Below, one piece after another: positions 19,246 through 26,948 of a stretch of 64,000 nt of DNA. The DNA comes from an uncultured bacterium (lineage in GTDB: Bacteria; Abyssobacteria; SURF-5): positions 24,690-88,689 of the forward strand of contig CAYVQZ010000003.1 of NCBI GenBank assembly GCA_964453435.1. The letters are read 5' to 3'. Below the pieces are notes generated by a model. That model did no database searches and had not been told where the DNA came from. It was given only the letters and a program-made list of their open reading frames with translations. Both the position numbers and the translations under genes were made by a program. Positions within the stretch are counted from its first letter, which is position 1; every line of letters starts with the position of its first letter.

Positions 19246-19349
19246 ACGGTCGCAGAAAACATTATGCCCGAACATATGCGTGTCGCGGCCGCGCGTTGCG
19301 GCGCCCTGCTTGCGCGTAACTGTCCCACGATTGCCCGGCGAAGGGGACT

Positions 19350-19447
19350 GTGAATCTGTCCCACGGTTGTATATTTTGCCGAACAACGAGCTTTGGGGGC
19401 TGTCCCCGACGCGGAACACCTTCAGCATGAATCGTGGGACAGTCTCC
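19350..19447 (+). repeat. Conserved intergenic element, copy A
   Basis: It aligns by hand with 63641..63739. Shared blocks: GTGAATCTGTCC; CGAA(C)AACGAGC; GGGG-GCTGT-CCCC versus GGGT-GCTGT-ACCC; CCTTCAGC; GGGAC(A/T)GTC. Confidence 0.6.
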
Positions 19448-19567
19448 ATGGCTCCCTGCGCAGGAGTTTTCGGCTTCGCGGAAAAGGCGTCGTTGACCGA
19501 ATCGAGCGACGGTATTAAGCGCTTCTGCGCCGTTGCCAGTCATCCCTGAAATTTTTTAGAGATTTCT

Positions 19568-20254
19568 TCATCTCTTGTACGCGAGAATGAACAACTGTTT
19601 TCCCAAGATTCGGTGGGCGCAAGGAATCTTCAGATATGCTTTCACGAAGACTCTTCCTTTTGGATATTTGCTGCGGAATGTGTACGGCAGGAAACGTCCT
19701 TTCAGGATACCGATTTCGAAGCCGGAAGTTATGATAGCCTCGCGCATGCTCTCCTCGCTGAGAGCGATTTGATGGTCGAAGTAGTCCCAGTATTGCATGT
19801 ACAGATATTTGACATTCGGCTGTATGACGATAAGTTTTCCATTTGGGACAAGTATCCTCCTGATTTCCGCCAGGGTATCAATTATGGATTGGCGGCTGGG
19901 CAGGTGTTCGAAGAAATTCGACGCAAAAACGACGTCGATGGTTGAGTCCTCGATATCTATCGTGTTTTCATCTCGCGGGTGCATCACGGTTACGCCTTGC
20001 GCGGCGTACTTCTCCGTATCCGGATTGATGTCAACGGCATACTTTTGTCCGCAGTTGATGTTGTTAATGAACTCGCAGGTGCCTGCGCCCAGGTCGACCA
20101 CCGAATCGGAAGCCCCGATGAATTTTTGGAGAAAATCGCTGCAGATAACCTGCCAGACCTGGTTTTTCTGCTTCAGGGCGCGGGCATCGAATCGCTCGCG
20201 GTAAATTGCCACGAGGTTGGTCAGATTCGATGGGCGATTTTTGGTCTCTCCCAT
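19568..20254 (-). CDS. Class I SAM-dependent methyltransferase
   Basis: Motif I is SVVDLGAGTCEF. Acidic post-I residue is in YAVDINPD. Length is 228 aa. It is the last gene of a 4-gene minus-strand operon. Confidence 0.8.
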   Translation of the reverse strand: MGETKNRPSNLTNLVAIYRERFDARALKQKNQVWQVICSDFLQKFIGASDSVVDLGAGTCEFINNINCGQKYAVDINPDTEKYAAQGVTVMHPRDENTIDIEDSTIDVVFASNFFEHLPSRQSIIDTLAEIRRILVPNGKLIVIQPNVKYLYMQYWDYFDHQIALSEESMREAIITSGFEIGILKGRFLPYTFRSKYPKGRVFVKAYLKIPCAHRILGKQLFILAYKR

Positions 20255-20257
20255 GCG

Positions 20258-21583
20258 TTATTCCTTTTGAATGATCCCGGCAAGGGTTTTCGCCAACCCG
20301 ATCATCCCGCTGAGCGTTCGATCGGAGGGATACAATTGTGTGGAATCGATAAGGTAGAGTCCTTCGATGGGCGATTTTTGTTCGGGCACAACCTGAGAGA
20401 AATCCGTGGTGCAGATTGCCTGCGCGTAGGGGTCCCGAAAAACCCGCCAGTCGGCTATTGAAACAGGATTGAATCCGGAAGAAATAAGCCGCATGCATGA
20501 GGAGTATTCCCGTAAAAGCTCGTGGTCGCGGCAGGAATACCGTTCGTTGGTGGTTTCGAGATAAAAGGGGATGTAGGCAATCTTTCTCCCCTGGAGATCG
20601 GGCCGGGGATTCAGATTCGTGTATTCAATTACGCCGTTGAACGGGATGCGCCGGTCGTTGACATTGACCCAGAAACTGTCGGTTATGGGCCGGGCCAGCT
20701 TGAGGATCATGCACACGACACCTATGTATTTCACTTGTTCGAGGCGGCGGCGATAATCGGCGCATTCCGACGGAAGCATGCGGCACAACAACGGCAGCGC
20801 GACGGTTGAAACCACCGCATCGAAATTCAGCGTGCGGCCATCGCATTTCAAGCCGGTGGCCCTGCCATTGTTGACAAGGAGGGAACTCACCGCCGAGGCC
20901 AGTTTTATCTCCCCGCCGCGGCTCAGAATTTCTTCGGCAAGCATGTCAATCAGCATTTTTGAGCCGCCCGCCAGGTAGCCCAGTTCCTCCCGTTGCCTCA
21001 AACCTTTTCGCGATTTTGCCACACGGTGGATGCGATGCCACATCCACGACGCGGAGATGTCGTCGGCGTATTCGCCGAATTTGATTTTCAAGAGGGGTCT
21101 CCAGATTACGTCATACGCTTGTTCGCCGATATGGCGTGTTAGCCAGACGCTGGCGGGCTCCTTTTCGAGCTCTTGCCAGTTCTTGATCGATCTCGCATAC
21201 ATGATGTTAAAGCCGAATCGGAGTCTCGCCGCGAGACTGATTGGTTTAAAGAACAGGAGGTCGAAAGGGGAACCGAACGGATAGAGGTTGCCATCGCAGA
21301 AGAAGCTCATTTTGGTGGGGCGCCAGCGCAGTTTCTGATCGAGGCCGAGTTCCTTGCAGAGTTCGAGCAGGTCGTGATCGCCCAGGCAAATAAAATGATA
21401 ATACTTTTCAATGAAACTGCCGCCGAAATCGAACGAACCGGCAAGGCCGCCAAGTGTGTGGTCACGTTCGATGACGGTCACTTTGTGGCCCTGCTTTGAG
21501 AGGAAATATCCGGCGCTGAGACCGGAAATGCCGCCTCCGATAATCGCCAGATTCAATTTGCCGGCGTTGCTGCCTATCGCCAT
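20258..21583 (-). CDS. FAD/NAD(P)-binding oxidoreductase (amine-oxidase / phytoene-desaturase-like fold)
   Basis: Dinucleotide-binding motif LAIIGGGISGLSAGYFLSKQGHKVTVIERDHTLGG. The likely start is the ATG at 21583 (MAIGSNAG), which overlaps the upstream stop (caATGGcgaTAG). The track ORF extends to 21682. Confidence 0.8.
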   Translation of the reverse strand: MAIGSNAGKLNLAIIGGGISGLSAGYFLSKQGHKVTVIERDHTLGGLAGSFDFGGSFIEKYYHFICLGDHDLLELCKELGLDQKLRWRPTKMSFFCDGNLYPFGSPFDLLFFKPISLAARLRFGFNIMYARSIKNWQELEKEPASVWLTRHIGEQAYDVIWRPLLKIKFGEYADDISASWMWHRIHRVAKSRKGLRQREELGYLAGGSKMLIDMLAEEILSRGGEIKLASAVSSLLVNNGRATGLKCDGRTLNFDAVVSTVALPLLCRMLPSECADYRRRLEQVKYIGVVCMILKLARPITDSFWVNVNDRRIPFNGVIEYTNLNPRPDLQGRKIAYIPFYLETTNERYSCRDHELLREYSSCMRLISSGFNPVSIADWRVFRDPYAQAICTTDFSQVVPEQKSPIEGLYLIDSTQLYPSDRTLSGMIGLAKTLAGIIQKE

Positions 21584-22638
21584 TGTTCGCCGTACCCGGT
21601 GTTGTTGATTATGCTGTCCCTCATCCTCCTGCCGCGAACCAGATAATACCAGCCGTAGTACCAGAGTCGCGCGCCCCAGCAACAGATTTGGAATATGGGG
21701 GTATCAAAAAAGAGCCATTTCATGAACGATTTTCTCAAGGCGAGTTCAACCCACGATACCAGGTTGTGACGCGCCGGCTTGAAGTTCAGATTGAGCGATA
21801 GGTCGTCGTCACCGACAACATCGATTTGGTCCGGATTTCCGACACCGAGCTCGAGCGAGTGACAGTTCTGTATGTGACGTATATCCAAAGGGTCGAAGCC
21901 CTGTATTTTTGCGGCGACGGTGTCCAGGGCCACGAAATCTCCCGATGCGAGAATGCGGTCGACCACTCGGGGCTCTCCGGACTTTGGGCTGTCACCCTCT
22001 AAGCCGACCGTCGCATCCATTACGGCAAACTTTGGGGTTACGGCGTTATTGATGTCGGCCAGCGCCTCGTTGAGCACCAGATGGTAATTATGCCTGAGTT
22101 TCGGCAGACATCCCCATTGGTTTTTGATCGCTCCCGTGATTGTAGTCTTGTTATGGGTCTTGAGCACGGGAATGGTAATGAGCTTCGTTCGGAGAAGAAT
22201 TTCGGGAACGCGAATTTCGTCGAATGCCATCCCGTTCGGCATTGGAACGGACCGGAATTCCATGTTGGTCATATTGACCCATGTCGCGCCGTATTGTCGG
22301 CAGACCACGTCGATGCGGGTTTGTCGGAGAGCCTTTTCGACATCGACCACCACCTGGTCCGACTCAACAACAAAAATGGAGCCAACATGCTCTTTGATCG
22401 TCTGTATGACTCCCTCGACGACCCATGGACTAGTCACCGCGCCGGGCAGGAACAGGTCCCATCCGAGATTCACCTTCAACGAAACATCGGCTCCCGGCGA
22501 AATAAAATCTTTCCAGCGAGCGAGTTCCATCGCTTCCCTGACAGCGTCATGGACTCCGTTCTTGATCCGAATTATGCTGACAGTCGATTTTGGGGTATCC
22601 AAGATGACCACATTTCTCCTTTGTCGTTTCGCATGCAC
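21574..22638 (-). CDS. DUF362-like protein
   Basis: The layout resembles DUF362 proteins (VSLKVNLG...; VPVLKTHNKTTITGAIKNQWGCLP; MDATVGLEGDSPKSGEP). It has a hydrophobic, Trp/Tyr-rich C-terminal tail. This assignment is from memory of the family and needs an HMM check. Confidence 0.6.
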   Translation of the reverse strand: MHAKRQRRNVVILDTPKSTVSIIRIKNGVHDAVREAMELARWKDFISPGADVSLKVNLGWDLFLPGAVTSPWVVEGVIQTIKEHVGSIFVVESDQVVVDVEKALRQTRIDVVCRQYGATWVNMTNMEFRSVPMPNGMAFDEIRVPEILLRTKLITIPVLKTHNKTTITGAIKNQWGCLPKLRHNYHLVLNEALADINNAVTPKFAVMDATVGLEGDSPKSGEPRVVDRILASGDFVALDTVAAKIQGFDPLDIRHIQNCHSLELGVGNPDQIDVVGDDDLSLNLNFKPARHNLVSWVELALRKSFMKWLFFDTPIFQICCWGARLWYYGWYYLVRGRRMRDSIINNTGYGEQWR

Positions 22639-23453
22639 TCACGAATATGAACGGGACGGTTGCTGATGACGACATCGACTCCAAGGTCGAACAGGTTTGC
22701 CGCATCAGTCGCCTCGTCGACGGTCCAAGTGACAACAAACCAGCGTTTGGCGCCTGCTTTTTGCACCAATTTGCCCGTTACGAGAGGATAGCGCGGGTGG
22801 ACTCCGTCGATTCGAATGATATGCGCTGCCCAAGCGCGCTTCAAGTGGACGGGCTGGTTGTCGGAAAAGAGGAGCCCAACCTTGAGCCGGGGGTCAATTC
22901 CAATGACACGCCTTATGGAAAAGGGGTTGAAGGAGGAAAGTATCACGGATGACTGCAATCCCATTTTTCGGATAATTTCGACCACTTTCCCCTCGAGACC
23001 GTTATTGGTGATGGAACGACTCTTCAATTCGACGTTTACAAGCATCCGGCCGCCAAGGAGTTCAAGAACTTCCTCGAGTGTCGGGATTTTTTGACCGCGG
23101 TAGCGCCCGCCGAAATGAGCGCCTGCATCCAATTCCCGAAGCTCTTCGAACGACAATTCGCTCACAAAACCCGTCCCGTCGGTCAGCTTATCGACACGGT
23201 CGTCATGAAACACGACAACTCGGCCGGTTTTGCACAGGCGAGCATCGAGTTCCACCCCGTCGAGGGCGAGCTCCACGGCCCGTTGAAAACCCGCAAGAGT
23301 ATTCTCGGGGGCCTCGTGCGGCGCCCCCCTGTGTCCGAAAATGAGTTTTTCGCGTCCCAATCGCTGCAACATTGTATCGCGGAGCAAATCGTACGAATGC
23401 GGCCGGGTCCCGAAACGACGTTTATGATAGCACCCGAACTTTTTATGCGTCAA
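22572..23453 (-). CDS. Glycerophosphodiester phosphodiesterase (GDPD family)
   Basis: GDPD N-terminal catalytic block FGHRGAPHEAPENTLAGFQRAVELALDGVELDARL. An alternative start is at 23372 (MLQRLGREKLIFGHRG). The 3' end overlaps the next ORF as called. Confidence 0.85.
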   Translation of the reverse strand: MTHKKFGCYHKRRFGTRPHSYDLLRDTMLQRLGREKLIFGHRGAPHEAPENTLAGFQRAVELALDGVELDARLCKTGRVVVFHDDRVDKLTDGTGFVSELSFEELRELDAGAHFGGRYRGQKIPTLEEVLELLGGRMLVNVELKSRSITNNGLEGKVVEIIRKMGLQSSVILSSFNPFSIRRVIGIDPRLKVGLLFSDNQPVHLKRAWAAHIIRIDGVHPRYPLVTGKLVQKAGAKRWFVVTWTVDEATDAANLFDLGVDVVISNRPVHIRECMRNDKGEMWSSWIPQNRLSA

Positions 23454-23534
23454 GGCTGTCTGATGTCGTCTGACGCAGTTTCATGGACGGCGATGCTGCT
23501 CGCCTTGCCGGGAAAAGAGCGTACGGATGACGAA

Positions 23535-25157
23535 TCAGGTCGCTTTCCTTGACTGTTCCAGCGCCGCCCGCGCGAAGTGATAAAACATCTTGGATGGTTT
23601 GTCAAGCGTTGATGTGAGTTCGGGATGGAACTGGCTGGCCATGAAGAAGGGGTGCTCTTTGAGTTCCACTATCTGCATAATAGGCTTGCCGCGGGCTTTC
23701 CCGGAAAAAACCAGGCCCGCTTTCTCCATCTGCTTAATGTACTTCGGATTCACTTCGTTCCGGTGGCGGAATCTTTTCCGGGTTTTGTTCCCGTACATCT
23801 CATAAGCGCGAGTGCCCTTCTTCACTACCACATCGTGCCCCCCGAGCCGCATCGTCCCGCCCTTGTAAGTGATTCCGATTTGTTCCGGCAGGTAGTCGAT
23901 CACGAGGTGTTTGGCGTCTTCCCGAATCTCGCGACTGTTTGCATCCTTGATTCCACAGACGTTTCTGGCATATTCAATAACGGCAAGCTGCAAACCGTAG
24001 CAGAGTCCGAGATACGGGAGCTTGTTCTCCCGCGCATATTTGACAACCGATATTTTGCCTTCCGCGCCGCGCGGTCCGAATCCGCCGGCGACGATAACGC
24101 CATTGACGCCGTCGAGCGCATTGTCCACGGCGACTTTTCCGCGCTCAATATCGGTTGTTTCGACCCATTTCTTGTTCACTTTGCAGTTCAAGTGAGCCGC
24201 GCTATGAACGAGCGCCTCCTCGATGCTGATATAGGAGTCGGCCAATTCGGTGTACTTTCCGCATATCGCGATGGTGATTTCCTGCTTTGGGTGCTTAATA
24301 TGGCTTACGAGTTTTTTCCATTCCCCGAGCCGATTGGGGATTCTGATTCCGAGTTGTTTCCCGAGAACGCGCCGAAGTCCTTCTTGTTCAAAAATGAGCG
24401 GCAATTCGTAAACGGTATCGAGATATGGATCGCTTATCACATTCTGTTGAGGCACATTGCAGAGCCAATGGATTTTCAGTTTGGTACGGTCGGTCAACTT
24501 TTCCCTCGAGCGGCCGATTATGATTTGGGGGAAAATGCCTCGCTCTCGAAGAAAGAGAATGCTCTGCTGGATGGGTTTTGTTTTTTGCTGTCCCAGTTCA
24601 TCGAGGACGGGAACAAGGCCGAGGTGGACATACACGATGTCTTTCGGCCCGACGTCCGCGCTCAGCTCGCGAACCGCCTCGAGGAACCACAGGTTCTCGA
24701 TGTCACCGACCGTCCCGCCTATCTCGACGAGCACGACGTCAGCTTTTTCTTTTCGGGCGATCCGCTTCAAGCGTTTTCGAATTTCTCCCGTGACGTGAGG
24801 TATAACCTGCACGGTCCTTCCGAGAAAGTCGCCGCGCCGTTCTTTCTCCACAAGGGCCTGAAAGATTTTCCCGGATGTGAGGTTCCACTCGGATTTGCAG
24901 TGAATGTTCAAAAACCTCTCGTAATGTCCGAAATCAAGGTCTACTTCCCCGCCGTCGTCGAGCACGAAGACCTCGCCGTGCTCGATGGGGTTCATCGTGC
25001 CGGGGTCAACGTTCAGATAGCCGTCACACTTAATCAGGACGACTCGGTAGGTCGGAACAAGCAGTCTGGCAATGGAGGCTGAAACGACCCCTTTGCCCAA
25101 GCCGGATAACACGCCGCCGGTCACAACGATCCACTTCGTATTTGTCATGAAGAACAC
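23535..25157 (-). CDS. pyrG: CTP synthase
   Basis: The N-terminal synthase domain has VVTGGVLSGLGKGVVSASIARLL. The C-terminal GATase has the LGLCYGLQ Cys nucleophile and FRHRNEVN. Length is 540 aa. Confidence 0.95.
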   Translation of the reverse strand: MFFMTNTKWIVVTGGVLSGLGKGVVSASIARLLVPTYRVVLIKCDGYLNVDPGTMNPIEHGEVFVLDDGGEVDLDFGHYERFLNIHCKSEWNLTSGKIFQALVEKERRGDFLGRTVQVIPHVTGEIRKRLKRIARKEKADVVLVEIGGTVGDIENLWFLEAVRELSADVGPKDIVYVHLGLVPVLDELGQQKTKPIQQSILFLRERGIFPQIIIGRSREKLTDRTKLKIHWLCNVPQQNVISDPYLDTVYELPLIFEQEGLRRVLGKQLGIRIPNRLGEWKKLVSHIKHPKQEITIAICGKYTELADSYISIEEALVHSAAHLNCKVNKKWVETTDIERGKVAVDNALDGVNGVIVAGGFGPRGAEGKISVVKYARENKLPYLGLCYGLQLAVIEYARNVCGIKDANSREIREDAKHLVIDYLPEQIGITYKGGTMRLGGHDVVVKKGTRAYEMYGNKTRKRFRHRNEVNPKYIKQMEKAGLVFSGKARGKPIMQIVELKEHPFFMASQFHPELTSTLDKPSKMFYHFARAALEQSRKAT

Positions 25158-25245
25158 CGAATAAGGCTAGAGGAACACCATATATCGGTACATAATGTAG
25201 CATACGTCCGACATCTTGTCAAAATCGGAGATATGCAGAAAAAAA

Positions 25246-25274
25246 TTGACCTGAAGGCCGCACTCATGTATGAT
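25246..25274 (+). promoter_or_regulatory. Candidate sigma-70-type promoter for the radical SAM gene
   Basis: TTGACC (25246-25251), a 17-nt spacer, then TATGAT (25269-25274). This lies ~65 nt upstream of the TTG start at 25340, which is preceded by GGAGAGAGG. Confidence 0.45.
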
Positions 25275-25339
25275 GAATTAACCGTTTTTTTCCTCCTTGA
25301 GAATGCACTGACAATTGAAGTTCACGGAGAGAGGCTACA

Positions 25340-26833
25340 TTGAAAAAAATAATTTTTGTCGAACCGAAGGCGCCCGGTTTTCACATATTCAGCAAGTGGA
25401 GTCTGCCCCGGCTTGGAACGGTGATGCTGGCAACAATACTCCGGGACCTCGGGCACGACGTCAAGGTCTATATCGAGGAAATTCAGAAAGCGGACAAGGA
25501 AGAACTGCGCGGCGCCGACCTTGTTGGCATCTCGACTATCACGTCGACCGCTCCCCGGGCGTATGCGCTGGGAGACGAACTGCGCGCCAGCGGCGTTCCC
25601 GTGGCAATGGGAGGGGCGCATCCCACATTTCTTTCCGATGAAGCAATGGAGCATGCCGACTTCGTCGTTCGCGGTGAAGGCGAGGAAGCCATTGTCGAAC
25701 TCCTCGAAGCTCTTGACGGGAAACGGGGCCTGCATACGATTGCGGGGCTCACCTATCGGGACAACGGCGCCGTAATCCATAATCCGGCGCGGCGGTTGTG
25801 TCCCGACCTCAACTCGCATCCGTCGCCCGACCTTTCGCTGATCGCGGGGTTCGGCTCGGGCACACGCAGTTTTTTCAGACACAACCCCATCATTCCGGTG
25901 TTGACATCGAGGGGCTGCCCATTCAACTGCAAGTTCTGTTCGGTGACTACGATGTTCGGCCGCAAGTACCGTTTCCGTTCTCCCGAGAAGGTGCTCGAGG
26001 ATATTCGTCCCTACGCGGGCAGGACAATCTTCTTCTATGACGACAATTTTGCCGCGAATAAACAACGGACAAAGGCGTTGTTGCGGCTGATGATCGAGGA
26101 GGGCGTCACACCGCAATGGACGGCCCAAGTGCGCGTGGAGGTGGCGAAGGACGAAGAATTGCTCGACCTGATGGAGCGCTCGAATTGTTTCGCGGTGTAT
26201 GTGGGAATCGAATCCATCAATCCTCAGACGCTTGAATTGTACTCGAAGGGACAGACGCTCGAAGATATCACGGAGAGCATACGGAAATTTCACGAACACG
26301 GAATCCGTATACATGGGATGTTTGTTTTGGGGTCCGACGAAGACGACGTGCGCATCATCCGGGAAACGGCGAAGTTCGCAAAACGGGTGAAGATCGACTC
26401 GGTCCAGTTCATGATTCTTACGCCGATTCCGGGGTCCGAGATTTTCGCGGAATTCTGCAAGGAAAAGAAGATATTCACCTATGACTGGACGTTCTATGAT
26501 GGGCACCACGTCGTGTTCAAACCGAAGAAAATGGTTCCCATCGTGCTTCAGAAAGAAGCGGTGCGCGCCATGAAGAAATTCTTCTCGCGGGCGCAGATGC
26601 TCAAGGGGCTGTTCCGAGGCGACTTGCACGGAGCAATGTTGAGAGGATACGGGAATCGAATCATCAAGAAGTGGGAGCGATTCAACAAGGATTTCTACTA
26701 CAACCTGAAGCATGAATTATATGGTGAATTGAACTCGCAGCTCAGCAAGATCACCGGGAAGTTCCGGCAACCGGATTTCATACGATTGAACACTCAGGAC
26801 GAGGACCAGCAGGCTATTTCCGACAAGGTTTGA
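25340..26833 (+). CDS. B12-binding-domain radical SAM protein (class B-like), function unknown
   Basis: The N-terminal Rossmann-like B12-binding domain has IIFVEPKAPG...LVGISTITSTAPRAY. The radical SAM cluster motif is TSRGCPFNCKFCSV. Length is 497 aa. Confidence 0.85.
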   Translation: MKKIIFVEPKAPGFHIFSKWSLPRLGTVMLATILRDLGHDVKVYIEEIQKADKEELRGADLVGISTITSTAPRAYALGDELRASGVPVAMGGAHPTFLSDEAMEHADFVVRGEGEEAIVELLEALDGKRGLHTIAGLTYRDNGAVIHNPARRLCPDLNSHPSPDLSLIAGFGSGTRSFFRHNPIIPVLTSRGCPFNCKFCSVTTMFGRKYRFRSPEKVLEDIRPYAGRTIFFYDDNFAANKQRTKALLRLMIEEGVTPQWTAQVRVEVAKDEELLDLMERSNCFAVYVGIESINPQTLELYSKGQTLEDITESIRKFHEHGIRIHGMFVLGSDEDDVRIIRETAKFAKRVKIDSVQFMILTPIPGSEIFAEFCKEKKIFTYDWTFYDGHHVVFKPKKMVPIVLQKEAVRAMKKFFSRAQMLKGLFRGDLHGAMLRGYGNRIIKKWERFNKDFYYNLKHELYGELNSQLSKITGKFRQPDFIRLNTQDEDQQAISDKV

Positions 26834-26948
26834 CTCCAAAAACGATTGCCCACGAAACGGGCCTTCATATGGCCGCAGCAAAAGTCCGAAATGGCGACAT
26901 TTTGGGCTTTTTCTTTTTTCGGACTGATGGCGAGGGGAGGTTCTCTCG

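Noticed and set aside
20258-21682. Long form of the FAD-oxidoreductase ORF
   Set aside because: The first 33 codons overlap the DUF362 gene by ~100 nt and precede the GxGxxG motif by an implausibly long basic leader. The ATG at 21583 is preferred.
23625-25082. 485-aa ORF on the plus strand
   Set aside because: It is antisense to pyrG, which is unambiguous on the minus strand.
25322-26713. 463-aa ORF on the minus strand
   Set aside because: It is antisense to the radical SAM gene, where the plus strand carries CPFNCKFC and a B12-binding domain. No motifs were recognised on the minus strand.
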